DNA of 64,000 nucleotides from an uncultured Chloroflexia bacterium (GTDB lineage: Bacteria; Chloroflexota; Limnocylindria; Limnocylindrales; CSP1-4), in NCBI GenBank assembly GCA_963746845.1, contig CAVVCZ010000006.1:320001-384000 (forward strand), written 5' to 3'. The position numbers were made by a program, and so were the translations under genes. Shown here one piece after another: positions 9,137 to 18,032 of the stretch. How positions within the stretch are numbered: the stretch's first letter is position 1; every line of letters begins with the position of its first letter. Below the pieces are notes generated by a model, which saw only the letters and a list, made by a program, of their open reading frames with translations, was not told the DNA's origin and ran no database searches.

Positions 9137-10966
9137 CTAGGCCTCCGCGATGACGCCGATCGAGATGCGGAACCCCGCGCGGCGCTGGAGCGGCGGCATC
9201 AGCGTGCCCTGACCGATCGGCGTGTCGCCCGGGAACCAGCGGACCCACTCCTGGTTGAACGCGTCGAACTCGGTCGGGTCGCGCAGCGACCAGTTCGCCC
9301 AGACGACCTTGTCGAGGGAGCTGCCGGCCGCCTCGAGCTTGGCCTTCAGGTTTGTCATGCACTGGCGGGCCTGGTCCTTGATCGCGTTGCTGACGACCTG
9401 GCCAGTCTCCGGGTTGATCGGACCGACGCTCGAGACGTAGACCATCCCGCCCGCGGCGACCGCTCGGCCCTGGCCGACCCGCAGCGCGGCGGCCAGCGCG
9501 GCGTGGGTGTCCTCCTCGCTCGAGCCCCAGCGACCCTTCATCGGCAGGGACGGCTTCGCCGGGTCCTCCGGTGGGATGCCGAACTCGCCCGGCGGCAGGT
9601 CCACCCCGTTCTTCCGGAACTGGGGCATGAACGTGGGGCGGATGCCGGTCGGCTGGAGCCGGCCCTCGATCTTGCCCTCGTCGTTGATCCCGGTCTGCTG
9701 GAACGCGAAGATGTCCTGGGTGAGGATCTCGTCGTCCTCGATCCCGTAGACCTCGGTGATGTTGACGACCTTCCGGGTCCCGTCCTTCAACCGGGCGGTG
9801 TGGACGATCAGGTCGACGGCCGAGGCGATCTGCTCGCGGATGGCGCGGAGCGGCAGCTGGTAGCCGGTCATCAGGACCATCGTCTCGAGCCGCCGGAGCA
9901 TGTCGTTCGGGCTGTTCGCGTGACCGGTCGAGAGCGACCCGTCGTGGCCGGTTGTCATCGCCTGAAGCATGTCCAGCGCCTCGCCGGACCGGCACTCCCC
10001 GACGATCACCCGGTCGGGCCGCATGTGCATCGCGTTCCGGAGAAGCTGGCGGATCGTGATCTCGCCCTCACCCTCGAGGTTCGGCGGGCGCGACTCCAGG
10101 GTGATCACGTGGTCCTGGCGGAGCTGGAGCTCGGCGGCGTCTTCGATCGTGACGATCCGCTCGTCATTCGGGATGAAGGACGACAGGACGTTGAGCGTCG
10201 TCGTCTTGCCGGAGCCGGTGCCGCCCGAGACGAACAGGTTCAGCCGGGCCTCGATGCAGGAGCGGAGGAACTCGAACATGTCGGGGGTCGCCGTCCCGAA
10301 CCGGATCAGGTCGTCGACGGTGTACGGCCTCGTCGCGAACTTGCGCACGGTGATGACCGGGCCGACGAGCGACAGCGGCTCGACGATCGCGTTGACGCGG
10401 GAGCCGTCGGGGAGGCGCGCGTCGACCCGCGGGCTCGTCTCGTCGATCCGCCGGCCCATCGGGGTGATGATCCGGTCGATGATCCGGAGGACGTGCTCGT
10501 CGTTCAGGAAGTGGCTGTCGATCTTCTGGATCTTGCCGCCGCGCTCGATGTAGACGTGGGTCGGCCCGTTGACCATCACCTCGGTGATCGACTCGTCGTG
10601 GAGCAGCGGCTCGAGCGGCCCGAAGCCCGTGACGTCGTCGGACAGCTCGTCGATCAGGCGGATCCGCTCGTCGCGGGTCACCGCGAAGCCGTCCTGTGCG
10701 ATGGTCCGGTCGACGATCGCCTCGATCGTCAGGCGCGCGTCCGTGTTCTTCTCGTCGAGCAGCGTGTCGAAGGCGTTCACGGCCTCGGCCTGGAGGCGAA
10801 GCCGGATCCCCAGCAGCAGCTCCTCGCGCGCCGCGCTCCGAACCGGAGACGGTGGCATGACGGGCGCGGGCGGCGGCGTGACGGGCGGAGGCGGCGTGCC
10901 CGCATTCGTCGAATTTGCCAGCTCCGCGGCCTGCTGCGCCCGTTCCACGCGCCGGAGCAGGGACAT
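9137..10966 (-). CDS. cpaF: CpaF/TadA pilus-assembly ATPase with C-terminal Rid (YjgF/YER057c/UK114)-like domain
   Basis: GPLEPLL.D.SITEVMVNG, GGTGSGKTT, IEDAAEL, MRPDRVIVGECR, STGHANSP; tail AVAAGGMVYVSS..INPETG..QARQCMTNL..KLEAAGSSLDKVV. Confidence 0.9.
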   Translation of the reverse strand: MSLLRRVERAQQAAELANSTNAGTPPPPVTPPPAPVMPPSPVRSAAREELLLGIRLRLQAEAVNAFDTLLDEKNTDARLTIEAIVDRTIAQDGFAVTRDERIRLIDELSDDVTGFGPLEPLLHDESITEVMVNGPTHVYIERGGKIQKIDSHFLNDEHVLRIIDRIITPMGRRIDETSPRVDARLPDGSRVNAIVEPLSLVGPVITVRKFATRPYTVDDLIRFGTATPDMFEFLRSCIEARLNLFVSGGTGSGKTTTLNVLSSFIPNDERIVTIEDAAELQLRQDHVITLESRPPNLEGEGEITIRQLLRNAMHMRPDRVIVGECRSGEALDMLQAMTTGHDGSLSTGHANSPNDMLRRLETMVLMTGYQLPLRAIREQIASAVDLIVHTARLKDGTRKVVNITEVYGIEDDEILTQDIFAFQQTGINDEGKIEGRLQPTGIRPTFMPQFRKNGVDLPPGEFGIPPEDPAKPSLPMKGRWGSSEEDTHAALAAALRVGQGRAVAAGGMVYVSSVGPINPETGQVVSNAIKDQARQCMTNLKAKLEAAGSSLDKVVWANWSLRDPTEFDAFNQEWVRWFPGDTPIGQGTLMPPLQRRAGFRISIGVIAEA

Positions 10967-11185
10967 CAGGAGACCTCCCCTCGGTCACCGATCATGCTGA
11001 TGAGCGTCATTTCGTTCGAGCGAGGCCGATAAGCGGGCCGCGCCCTGGCTGGGTACTGGCGGAGCATAACCCGAAGGTACGGGCCCCTCGTTGCGCGCCG
11101 TCAACCTTGATTGCAGGAGCCTTCCGGGACCCTCCCGCGGATCGATCCGGGCACGCTGCTGCGCTATACTCCGCGCTCCGGCTGT

Positions 11186-11261
<76 letters not shown>

Positions 11262-11310
11262 ATACCCCATCGCTGACCCATCGCTGCACCGGCGACGCCG
11301 ACCATCCACG

Positions 11311-11345
11311 ACCCCCTGCCGGCCCGGCGGGGGGTTCGTTCGTTC
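11311..11345 (+). terminator. Intrinsic-terminator-like hairpin between tRNA and leuS
   Basis: ACCCCCTGCCG-GCC-CGGCGGGGGGT followed by TCGTTCGTT. Confidence 0.55.
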
Positions 11346-11366
11346 AACCTGGAGCCTGACCCGCCG

Positions 11367-13943
11367 ATGACCGTCCAGGACCCCGGCCCGAACCCGCACC
11401 CAAGCCGCTCCGCGCGGGTCGAGCGATACGACCCGGCAGCGATCGAGCCGCGCTGGCAGCGGCGCTGGGAGGAGCTCGGCCTGTACCGGACGGACCTGAC
11501 CGACACGTCCCGGCCGAAGTTCTACCTGCTCACGATGTATCCGTACCCGTCGGGCGACCTCCATATCGGTCACTGGTACATCAAGACCCCGACCGATGCG
11601 CTCGCCCGGTTCCACCGGATGCACGGCGAGAACGTGTTCCTGCCGATCGGGTTCGACGCGTTCGGGTTGCCGGCGGAGAACGCCGCGATCAAGAACAACA
11701 TCAACCCGCGCGACTGGACGATGGCGAACATCGACAACATGCGCCGGCAGCTCCGGTCGATGGGCGCGACGTTCGACTGGGAGGCGGAGGTCGTCACCGC
11801 CGATCCCGAGTACTACCGCTGGAACCAGTGGTTCTTCCTCCGGTTCCTCGAGGCCGGGCTGGCCTATCGCCAGACCTCCACGGTCGACTGGTGCCCGAAC
11901 GACGGCACGCTCGCCCGCGAGCAGGTCGAGGGCGCGGATCGCCACTGCTGGCGGTGCGGGGCGAAGGTCGAGAAGCGCGACCTGCCCCAGTGGTACCTGC
12001 GGGTCACGAACTACGCGGACGAGCTGCTCGACTTCACGGGTCTCGACTGGCCCGAGCCGATCAAGACGCAGCAGACGAACTGGATCGGTCGGAGCGAGGG
12101 CGGCGAGATCGTGTTCGAGACGGCCCCGTCCGGCCACCACGCCGGCGGTGACGAGCTGCGGGTCTTCACGACCCGCCCGGACACGCTGTTCGGCGCGACG
12201 TTCATGGTCCTCGCTCCGGAGCATCCGCTCGTCACGGCGCTGACCGCGCCGGAGCGGTCCGCCGAGGTCGGCGCGTACGTCGCCCAGGCCGCCGCGCGGA
12301 CGGAGATCGACCGGCTCTCGACGGACCGCGAGAAGACGGGCGTTCCGATCGGGGCCGATGCGATCAACCCCATCAACGGGGAGCGGATCCCGATCTTCGT
12401 CGCGGACTATGTGCTGGGCGGCTACGGCACCGGCGCGATCATGGCCGTCCCGGCCCACGACGAGCGCGACTACGCGTTCGCGCAGAAGTTCGGCCTGCCG
12501 ATCCGGCGCGTCGTCGCGGCGCCCGGGGACGAGGAGCGCGACCTCATCGATGGTGCCTACATCGCCCATTCGGCCGGGGAGCGGCTGGTCAACAGCGGGC
12601 CGTACTCCGGGCTGTCCGCCGACGAGGGCGGCGCGGCGATCGTGTCGGCGCTCGAGGCCCAGGGAAAGGGTCGCGCCGCCATCACCTACCGGTTGCGCGA
12701 CTGGCTGATCAGCCGCCAGCGCTACTGGGGCACCCCGATCCCGGTGATCTACTGCCCGGACGACGGCATCGTGCCCGTGCCCGACGAGGACCTGCCGGTC
12801 CGGCTGCCCGACACCGTCGATTACCGGGGCAGCGGCGAGAACCCGCTCAATCGTGACGAGGCCTTCCTGAACGTCGCCTGCCCGAAGTGCGGCGGCCCCG
12901 CCCGACGCGAGACCGACACGATGGACACGTTCATGGACTCGTCCTGGTACTGGTTCCGGTATCTGTCGCCCGAGAAGGCCGGCTCCGCCTTCGACCGTTC
13001 CATGGCGCAGCGCTGGACCCCGGTCGACCAGTACACCGGCGGTGCCGAGCACGCCGTCATGCACCTGCTCTACGCCCGCGAGTTCACGAAGATGATGCGC
13101 GACGTCGGCCTGCTGGACCAGGACGAGCCGTTCCGGCGGCTGTTCAACCAGGGCCAGATCCTCGGGATGGACGGCGAGCGGATGTCCAAGTCCCGCGGCA
13201 ACGTCGTCGACCCCGACGACCTGGTCGCACGGTACGGCGCGGACACGGTCCGCCTGTTCCTGATGTTCATGGGCCCGTGGGACCAGGGCGGCCCGTGGAG
13301 TCCCACGGGGATCGGCGGCGTCCACCGCTTCCTGAACCGGCTCTGGACGATCGCGCTGGACCCGCACGGCCGCGAGCCGGGCGACCCGGAGGCCGGATCC
13401 CTGCCGGCCGGCGAGGACGAGGCCGCCGCCCGGGCGGCGATCCGGCAGGCCGCCCATCGGACGCTGCGCGACGTCACCGCTGACTACGAGGCATTCCATT
13501 TCAACACGATGATCGCGAAGCTCATGGAGCTCGCGAACCTGCTGATGCGGTACCGCGGCACGGTCGCCGCCGGCACGACCGAGTGGGACGAGGCGGTCCG
13601 GCTCGCGCTCCTGATGCTGGCGCCCGCGGCTCCCCACATCACCGAGGAGCTGTGGTCGCGGCGGCTCAAGGCGAGCGCGACGACGTGGTCATCCATCCAT
13701 ACGGCGCGGTGGCCGGAGGTCGACGCCGCCGCCATCGTCGAGGCGACCCGCGAGGTGCCGGTCCAGGTCAACGGCAAGCTCCGCGACCGGATCACCGTCC
13801 CGTCGGACATCTCCGCGGCCGATCTCGAGGCGGCGGCCCTCGCGAGCGAGCGGATCCACGGGATCCTCGAGGGTCGAACACCGCTGCGGGTCATCGTCGC
13901 GGGCGGCGGCCGGCTCGTGAACATCGTCGTTCGCGACGCCTGA
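11367..13943 (+). CDS. leuS: Leucine--tRNA ligase
   Basis: MYPYPSGDLHIGH, VFTTRPDTLFG, GTGAIMAVPAHD editing motif, DWLISRQRYWG, RMSKS. Confidence 0.98.
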   Translation: MTVQDPGPNPHPSRSARVERYDPAAIEPRWQRRWEELGLYRTDLTDTSRPKFYLLTMYPYPSGDLHIGHWYIKTPTDALARFHRMHGENVFLPIGFDAFGLPAENAAIKNNINPRDWTMANIDNMRRQLRSMGATFDWEAEVVTADPEYYRWNQWFFLRFLEAGLAYRQTSTVDWCPNDGTLAREQVEGADRHCWRCGAKVEKRDLPQWYLRVTNYADELLDFTGLDWPEPIKTQQTNWIGRSEGGEIVFETAPSGHHAGGDELRVFTTRPDTLFGATFMVLAPEHPLVTALTAPERSAEVGAYVAQAAARTEIDRLSTDREKTGVPIGADAINPINGERIPIFVADYVLGGYGTGAIMAVPAHDERDYAFAQKFGLPIRRVVAAPGDEERDLIDGAYIAHSAGERLVNSGPYSGLSADEGGAAIVSALEAQGKGRAAITYRLRDWLISRQRYWGTPIPVIYCPDDGIVPVPDEDLPVRLPDTVDYRGSGENPLNRDEAFLNVACPKCGGPARRETDTMDTFMDSSWYWFRYLSPEKAGSAFDRSMAQRWTPVDQYTGGAEHAVMHLLYAREFTKMMRDVGLLDQDEPFRRLFNQGQILGMDGERMSKSRGNVVDPDDLVARYGADTVRLFLMFMGPWDQGGPWSPTGIGGVHRFLNRLWTIALDPHGREPGDPEAGSLPAGEDEAAARAAIRQAAHRTLRDVTADYEAFHFNTMIAKLMELANLLMRYRGTVAAGTTEWDEAVRLALLMLAPAAPHITEELWSRRLKASATTWSSIHTARWPEVDAAAIVEATREVPVQVNGKLRDRITVPSDISAADLEAAALASERIHGILEGRTPLRVIVAGGGRLVNIVVRDA

Positions 13944-13947
13944 CACG

Positions 13948-14367
13948 ATGCCGCACGTCCGCGAGCGCGGGGAGCCGGAGGACGAAACCGCGTCGGCGAC
14001 GCTCGAGGCGGACATCGACCGCCTGCTCACCGCGCATGCGCCGGAGCTCCAGGCGATCGAGCGGGCGCTCCGCGCATCGATCGAGGCGCTCGAGCCCGCG
14101 ATCGTCGTCCAGGTCGACTTCGGCAACAAGCTGATCGCGTTCGGGCGCTCGATGAAGATGCGCGGGCTCCTGTTCGCGGTGATCGCCCACACGACGTGGG
14201 TCAACCTCCAGCTCGCCGACGGCGCGGAGCTGCCCGATCCCGACGGGCTCATCGAGGGCACCGGCAAGCGGATCCGCCACGTCAAGATCCGATCGGTCGA
14301 GATGGCGTCGTCCGCCCCCGTCGTGGCGATCATGCGGGCGCAGCTCGCCGCCCGCCCGGTGGGCTGA
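13948..14367 (+). CDS. DUF1801 domain protein
   Basis: WVNLQLADGAELPDPDGLIEGTGKRIRHVK. Confidence 0.8.
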   Translation: MPHVRERGEPEDETASATLEADIDRLLTAHAPELQAIERALRASIEALEPAIVVQVDFGNKLIAFGRSMKMRGLLFAVIAHTTWVNLQLADGAELPDPDGLIEGTGKRIRHVKIRSVEMASSAPVVAIMRAQLAARPVG

Positions 14368-14371
14368 GGGC

Positions 14372-14782
14372 ATGGTGCCGGCGCGCGGGATCGCGACCGT
14401 CTCGTGGGGGCCGGGGCGGATCGATCGCTTCTGGATCGGCCCGGACGGTGATCTCATTCACGCGGCGTTCGACGACGGAGCGTGGGGCGCGGACGAGAGC
14501 CTCGGCGGCAGCCTCGCGGGGACCCCGGGCGTGACGGCGTGGGGCCCGGACCAGCTCGAGGTCTTCGCGGTGTTCCGGGACGGCCAGCTCTGGGACCGCT
14601 ACTGGGACGGGATCAGCTGGCACCCATGGGAGTCGCTCGGCGGCGAGCTCGACCCCGCCGGCGGCGCTTCGGCGTCGTCATGGTCGGGCGACCGGATCGA
14701 CGTCTGGGCGGTCGGTCGCGACGGTCGGACATGGCACCGCCTGTGGGACGGTGCCCGCTGGGTGGAGTGGGAGCAGCTCTAG
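14372..14782 (+). CDS. Trp-rich beta-propeller-repeat protein (PLL/fucose-lectin-like), three blades
   Basis: Three repeats of SW..D.(I/L)(D/E)VF....DG..W...WDG..W..WE.LGG. Confidence 0.75.
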   Translation: MVPARGIATVSWGPGRIDRFWIGPDGDLIHAAFDDGAWGADESLGGSLAGTPGVTAWGPDQLEVFAVFRDGQLWDRYWDGISWHPWESLGGELDPAGGASASSWSGDRIDVWAVGRDGRTWHRLWDGARWVEWEQL

Positions 14783-14807
14783 GACGCGGCCGCCTGTGCC
14801 GCGGTCG

Positions 14808-15455
14808 TCAGGCCGCCGGGGTCGTCTCCTCGACGTCCTTCTGGCGGGCCCGATGGCGGCGGGCCTTCGCCCGGTTGCCACACGTCGCCATGTCGCACCA
14901 GCGCCGCTGGCCTGACCGGGACTCGTCGTAGAAGATCCAGCGACAGGTGTCGCTCGCGCAGATCCGGAAACGCGCGTCGTGACCATCGCCGATCTCGCGG
15001 ACGATCGGCTCGGCGATCCGGGCCAGGGCATCGTCGATCGCGTCGCCGGTGTGGCTGTGGCCGAGACGGACACCGTCCTGTGCGGCGACGAGCTCGATCC
15101 GCTCGCGTCCCGCCAGGGCCCGATTGACCTCCTCGACGGCGGCCGGTTCGGCGCGCTCGTCATGGGCGACCGAGTGGGCGACGTCGCGCAGGGCCGTCCG
15201 GGCGCGGACGAGCCGAGCCAGCGCCGCGTCGCGGCCCGGCGGCCGGCGTCCGATGTGCGTGATCCGTCGCGCGTCGTCGATCACGCCGTGCTCCGCCAGC
15301 CAGGCGGCGGCAGCGTCCAGGGAGGTCAGCCGCTCGACCAGTGCACCGCCCTCGAGCTCGAGCGTGTTCAGGAAGTCGAACGCGGTCTCGAGTGGCAGCG
15401 GCCGGTGGACGTGGTCTGTCTTCGGCGGTCGATGCGCCGGTGTTGCCTGCATCAC
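14808..15455 (-). CDS. CGNR zinc-finger / ABATE domain regulator
   Basis: FDFLNT, C...C.W.FYD.SRSG.RRWCDM..CGNRAK..RHR; GTG 15455 (or ATG 15452) lies 6 nt after TACAGT. Confidence 0.93.
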   Translation of the reverse strand: MMQATPAHRPPKTDHVHRPLPLETAFDFLNTLELEGGALVERLTSLDAAAAWLAEHGVIDDARRITHIGRRPPGRDAALARLVRARTALRDVAHSVAHDERAEPAAVEEVNRALAGRERIELVAAQDGVRLGHSHTGDAIDDALARIAEPIVREIGDGHDARFRICASDTCRWIFYDESRSGQRRWCDMATCGNRAKARRHRARQKDVEETTPAA

Positions 15456-15456
15456 A

Positions 15457-15538
15457 TAACCACTGTAAATCACTTGACAGGTTACGCGCAAGAGGGTAGT
15501 CTTCGGCAGTAACCAGAAGAACCGCAAATACCGGTTAC
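15457..15538. promoter_or_regulatory. Two TAACC-N18-GGTTA palindromes overlapping divergent promoters
   Basis: 15457-15484 and 15510-15537; plus-strand TTGACA(15474)-17-TAGTCT(15497); minus-strand -10 TACAGT at 15462-15467. Confidence 0.8.
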
Positions 15539-15559
15539 GGATCAGGACGGGAGAGCCCG

Positions 15560-15688
15560 ATGGAAGCACTGGCACTGATCACGGCCATCCTCGTCGGCCT
15601 CGTCGGACTCGACCTCGCCGCCATCCGCTGGGGCACCGACAGCCGCGAGCGGACGCGGGAGCAGGACGCGTCCTGGCCGATCCACTGA
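15560..15688 (+). CDS. Small membrane peptide, 42 aa (absent from ORF track)
   Basis: MEALALITAILVGLVGLDLAAIRWGTDSRERTREQDASWPIH; GGGAGAG RBS; directly downstream of a strong promoter. Confidence 0.7.
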   Translation: MEALALITAILVGLVGLDLAAIRWGTDSRERTREQDASWPIH

Positions 15689-15708
15689 CACGCAGACCGG
15701 AGATCCAC

Positions 15709-15909
15709 ATGTACAGCCACTACCTCTTCATCGCCCTCGACATCGCGGGCCAGCGGGCAGCCGAGGCCAGCCAGCACCGGCTCGCCGAGACCGCCCACCA
15801 CGACGCTGCGCGGGTCAACCCCATTCGCCGGTTGGTCGCGCGGACTGCGGTCGCGGTCGCTCGCGTCGCCGACGAGACCGCGATCCATCATTCGCCGACC
15901 GCGGCCTGA
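15709..15909 (+). CDS. Small hypothetical helical protein, 66 aa
   Basis: GGAG RBS, GC3-biased codons, R.AEA..HRLA motif; second gene of the small-ORF operon. Confidence 0.65.
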   Translation: MYSHYLFIALDIAGQRAAEASQHRLAETAHHDAARVNPIRRLVARTAVAVARVADETAIHHSPTAA

Positions 15910-15936
15910 GCGCCGCGGTGCGGCGCATCCGCGGCC

Positions 15937-16827
15937 TCAGCGAGCCGCGGCGAGATCGGTCACCGCGAACACCATCCGGCAGTCCTTCGACGGCGCCTGG
16001 ACGTCGTCGGAGTCGGCCATCGTGCAGTTCGCCGCGGCGGGATGATCGAAGACGCCGGTGACGGTGACCACCTGTCCGACGGGCAGGGTCGCGGGATGCC
16101 GACCGTCGGGATCCAGGTGGAGGATCAGCCAGTCGCCGGGATCCCGTGGCGGACCCGTGCGACCGGGCTCGACGAGGAGCGGCGGGTTGCCACTTCCCAG
16201 GGTGAACCAGCTGGGTGACGACGGAGGGCCGTCGATGTCGCAGTTGCAATCGGCCAGGCGCGCCCGGATCGTGATCGGCACCTTCGGGTAGCAGGCGAGG
16301 CCGACGCCCGGCGCTAGGGCGGTCAGCTCGACGACGCTCGTCGGCAGCGGCGGGCAGTCGAACGATCCAGGAGCGAGCCACGGCTCGTTCGTCCGGCTCG
16401 CGACCGCCACCCACCCTTCGTGGAGCGTGGGCGAGGTCATCGGGACGACCTGGACCCAGTCGTAGTCGGATGCCGTGACCGGACCGTCGAGGACGTACAC
16501 CGGGGTCCCCTTCGGCAGGAGCGGGTCGTATTTGAACGAGTCGTCGCTGACCCGGGGCTGCGACCGGACCCGGAGCCCGTCGACGACCGTGACGGCGACC
16601 GTGCCGGCCTTCACGGCCGCGGGAACGCTCGGTGCCGGCGTCGGCGCGGGCCCCTCGGACGTCGCCGGAGACGTATCGGCGGTTGCCGGGGCCGTCGATG
16701 TGGTGACGGACGGGGTCGCGGGTGGCGTGGAGGCCGACGACGGGCTGGCGATCGACATCCGGCAGCCCGCGACGAGCGCGATGGCGCCCAGGAGGGTGAT
16801 CACGCCTCGGCGGTTCGAGCCGATCAT
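15937..16827 (-). CDS. Hypothetical lipoprotein with SH3-like domain and Cys-containing C-terminal domain
   Basis: Signal peptide with LVAGC lipobox, S/T/P/A linker, GLRVRSQP...L.KGT.VYVLDGPV....YDWVQV...GWVA. Confidence 0.7.
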   Translation of the reverse strand: MIGSNRRGVITLLGAIALVAGCRMSIASPSSASTPPATPSVTTSTAPATADTSPATSEGPAPTPAPSVPAAVKAGTVAVTVVDGLRVRSQPRVSDDSFKYDPLLPKGTPVYVLDGPVTASDYDWVQVVPMTSPTLHEGWVAVASRTNEPWLAPGSFDCPPLPTSVVELTALAPGVGLACYPKVPITIRARLADCNCDIDGPPSSPSWFTLGSGNPPLLVEPGRTGPPRDPGDWLILHLDPDGRHPATLPVGQVVTVTGVFDHPAAANCTMADSDDVQAPSKDCRMVFAVTDLAAAR

Positions 16828-16990
16828 CGATGCCTCTCGTGACGACAGTCGCACGTAGGACGCCGTCGACCCGGGCATGTTACGGCCGGCCAGGTCACCG
16901 ACCGCAATGGGCAAATCGCCAGCCACGGCGGGGGCGTTCCTCGGGCGCGGTGATCGATACTGCAACGATCGATGACCGGAGGGAGGAGAC

Positions 16991-17830
16991 GTGCCGCTGT
17001 TCATGGATCGCCACGACCTGCCCGGCGTCACGGCCGCGCAAGTGGCCCACATGCATCTCCTCGACCTGCCGGTGTCGGCCCGCCACGACGTTCATTTCCT
17101 CTCGTACTGGTTCGACGCCGCTGCCGGAGCCGCATTCTGCCTGGCCCGGGCTCCCGCTCCCGAGGCGCTGGCGGCGGTCCATCGCGAGTCCCACGGGCAG
17201 GTCCCCAACAGGATCATCGCGGTCGACGAAGCGAGCATCCTCAGGTTCCTGGGCAGGATCGAAGAGCCCGTCGACCCGGCCAGCGTCACGAGCCCGTTTC
17301 GCACCATCCTGTTCACGGACCTCGAGAGCTCGACGTCCTTGCTGTCCGAGCTGGGTGAGTCCGCGTACATGGCGTTGCTCGACGAGCACGACCTGATCAT
17401 CCGACGCGCCCTGGTGGCCAGGAGCGGCCGCGAGGTGAAGCACACTGGCGACGGCGTCATGGCCTCGTTCGACGACGTTGCACGTGCGTTGGCGTGCGCG
17501 ATCGACATCCGCGACAGGCTCGATGACCGCAACGGATCGCGTGGAGCGCCAGCCTTGCTGGTCCGCATCGGTATGGCAGCGGGCGAGCCTGTCGACCGCG
17601 ACGACGACCTGTTCGGTACGACGGTGAACCTGGCCAGTCGCATCTGCAACGCTGCCCACGGAGGCCAGATCCTCGTCTCGGAGCTCGTGCGCGAACTCGG
17701 GATCAAGGAAGGCTTTGCCTTCACTCCGGCCGGAGCAAGGATCCTGAAGGGATTCCCCGGCTCGATTGCCCTCTTCCAGCTGGATCGGCTGGCCCCGGCA
17801 AGCCGTGACCGGGCGAGTCCTCCGACATGA
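16991..17830 (+). CDS. DUF4242 (SCO4226-like metal-binding) domain plus class III adenylate cyclase
   Basis: MPLFMDRH..H..D..YWFD..FCL..AP..VHRESHG; ILFTDLESST, VKHTGDG, DDLFGTTVNLASRI. Confidence 0.88.
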   Translation: MPLFMDRHDLPGVTAAQVAHMHLLDLPVSARHDVHFLSYWFDAAAGAAFCLARAPAPEALAAVHRESHGQVPNRIIAVDEASILRFLGRIEEPVDPASVTSPFRTILFTDLESSTSLLSELGESAYMALLDEHDLIIRRALVARSGREVKHTGDGVMASFDDVARALACAIDIRDRLDDRNGSRGAPALLVRIGMAAGEPVDRDDDLFGTTVNLASRICNAAHGGQILVSELVRELGIKEGFAFTPAGARILKGFPGSIALFQLDRLAPASRDRASPPT

Positions 17831-18032
17831 AGCGGGAGCCGGGCTGCCTCTCACCGCGTTGGGGTTCCGTGGTAACTGCCAGATAAGTCCCGCTCGCTAG
17901 AGTCCGGTCAGACGCCTCGCCGACGTCGGAAGTGCCCCCAACGTCGCGAGGCGTCGGCTCGTTCGCGGGTGTGAGCCGCCGAGCGCCGCCACGAACTGAA
18001 CACCCGCCGCACCGCCCGCCGTGGGAGGACCG

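Noticed and set aside
13175-13200. LeuS KMSKS motif reads RMSKS
   Set aside because: Conservative change at the first Lys. The catalytic second Lys is retained.
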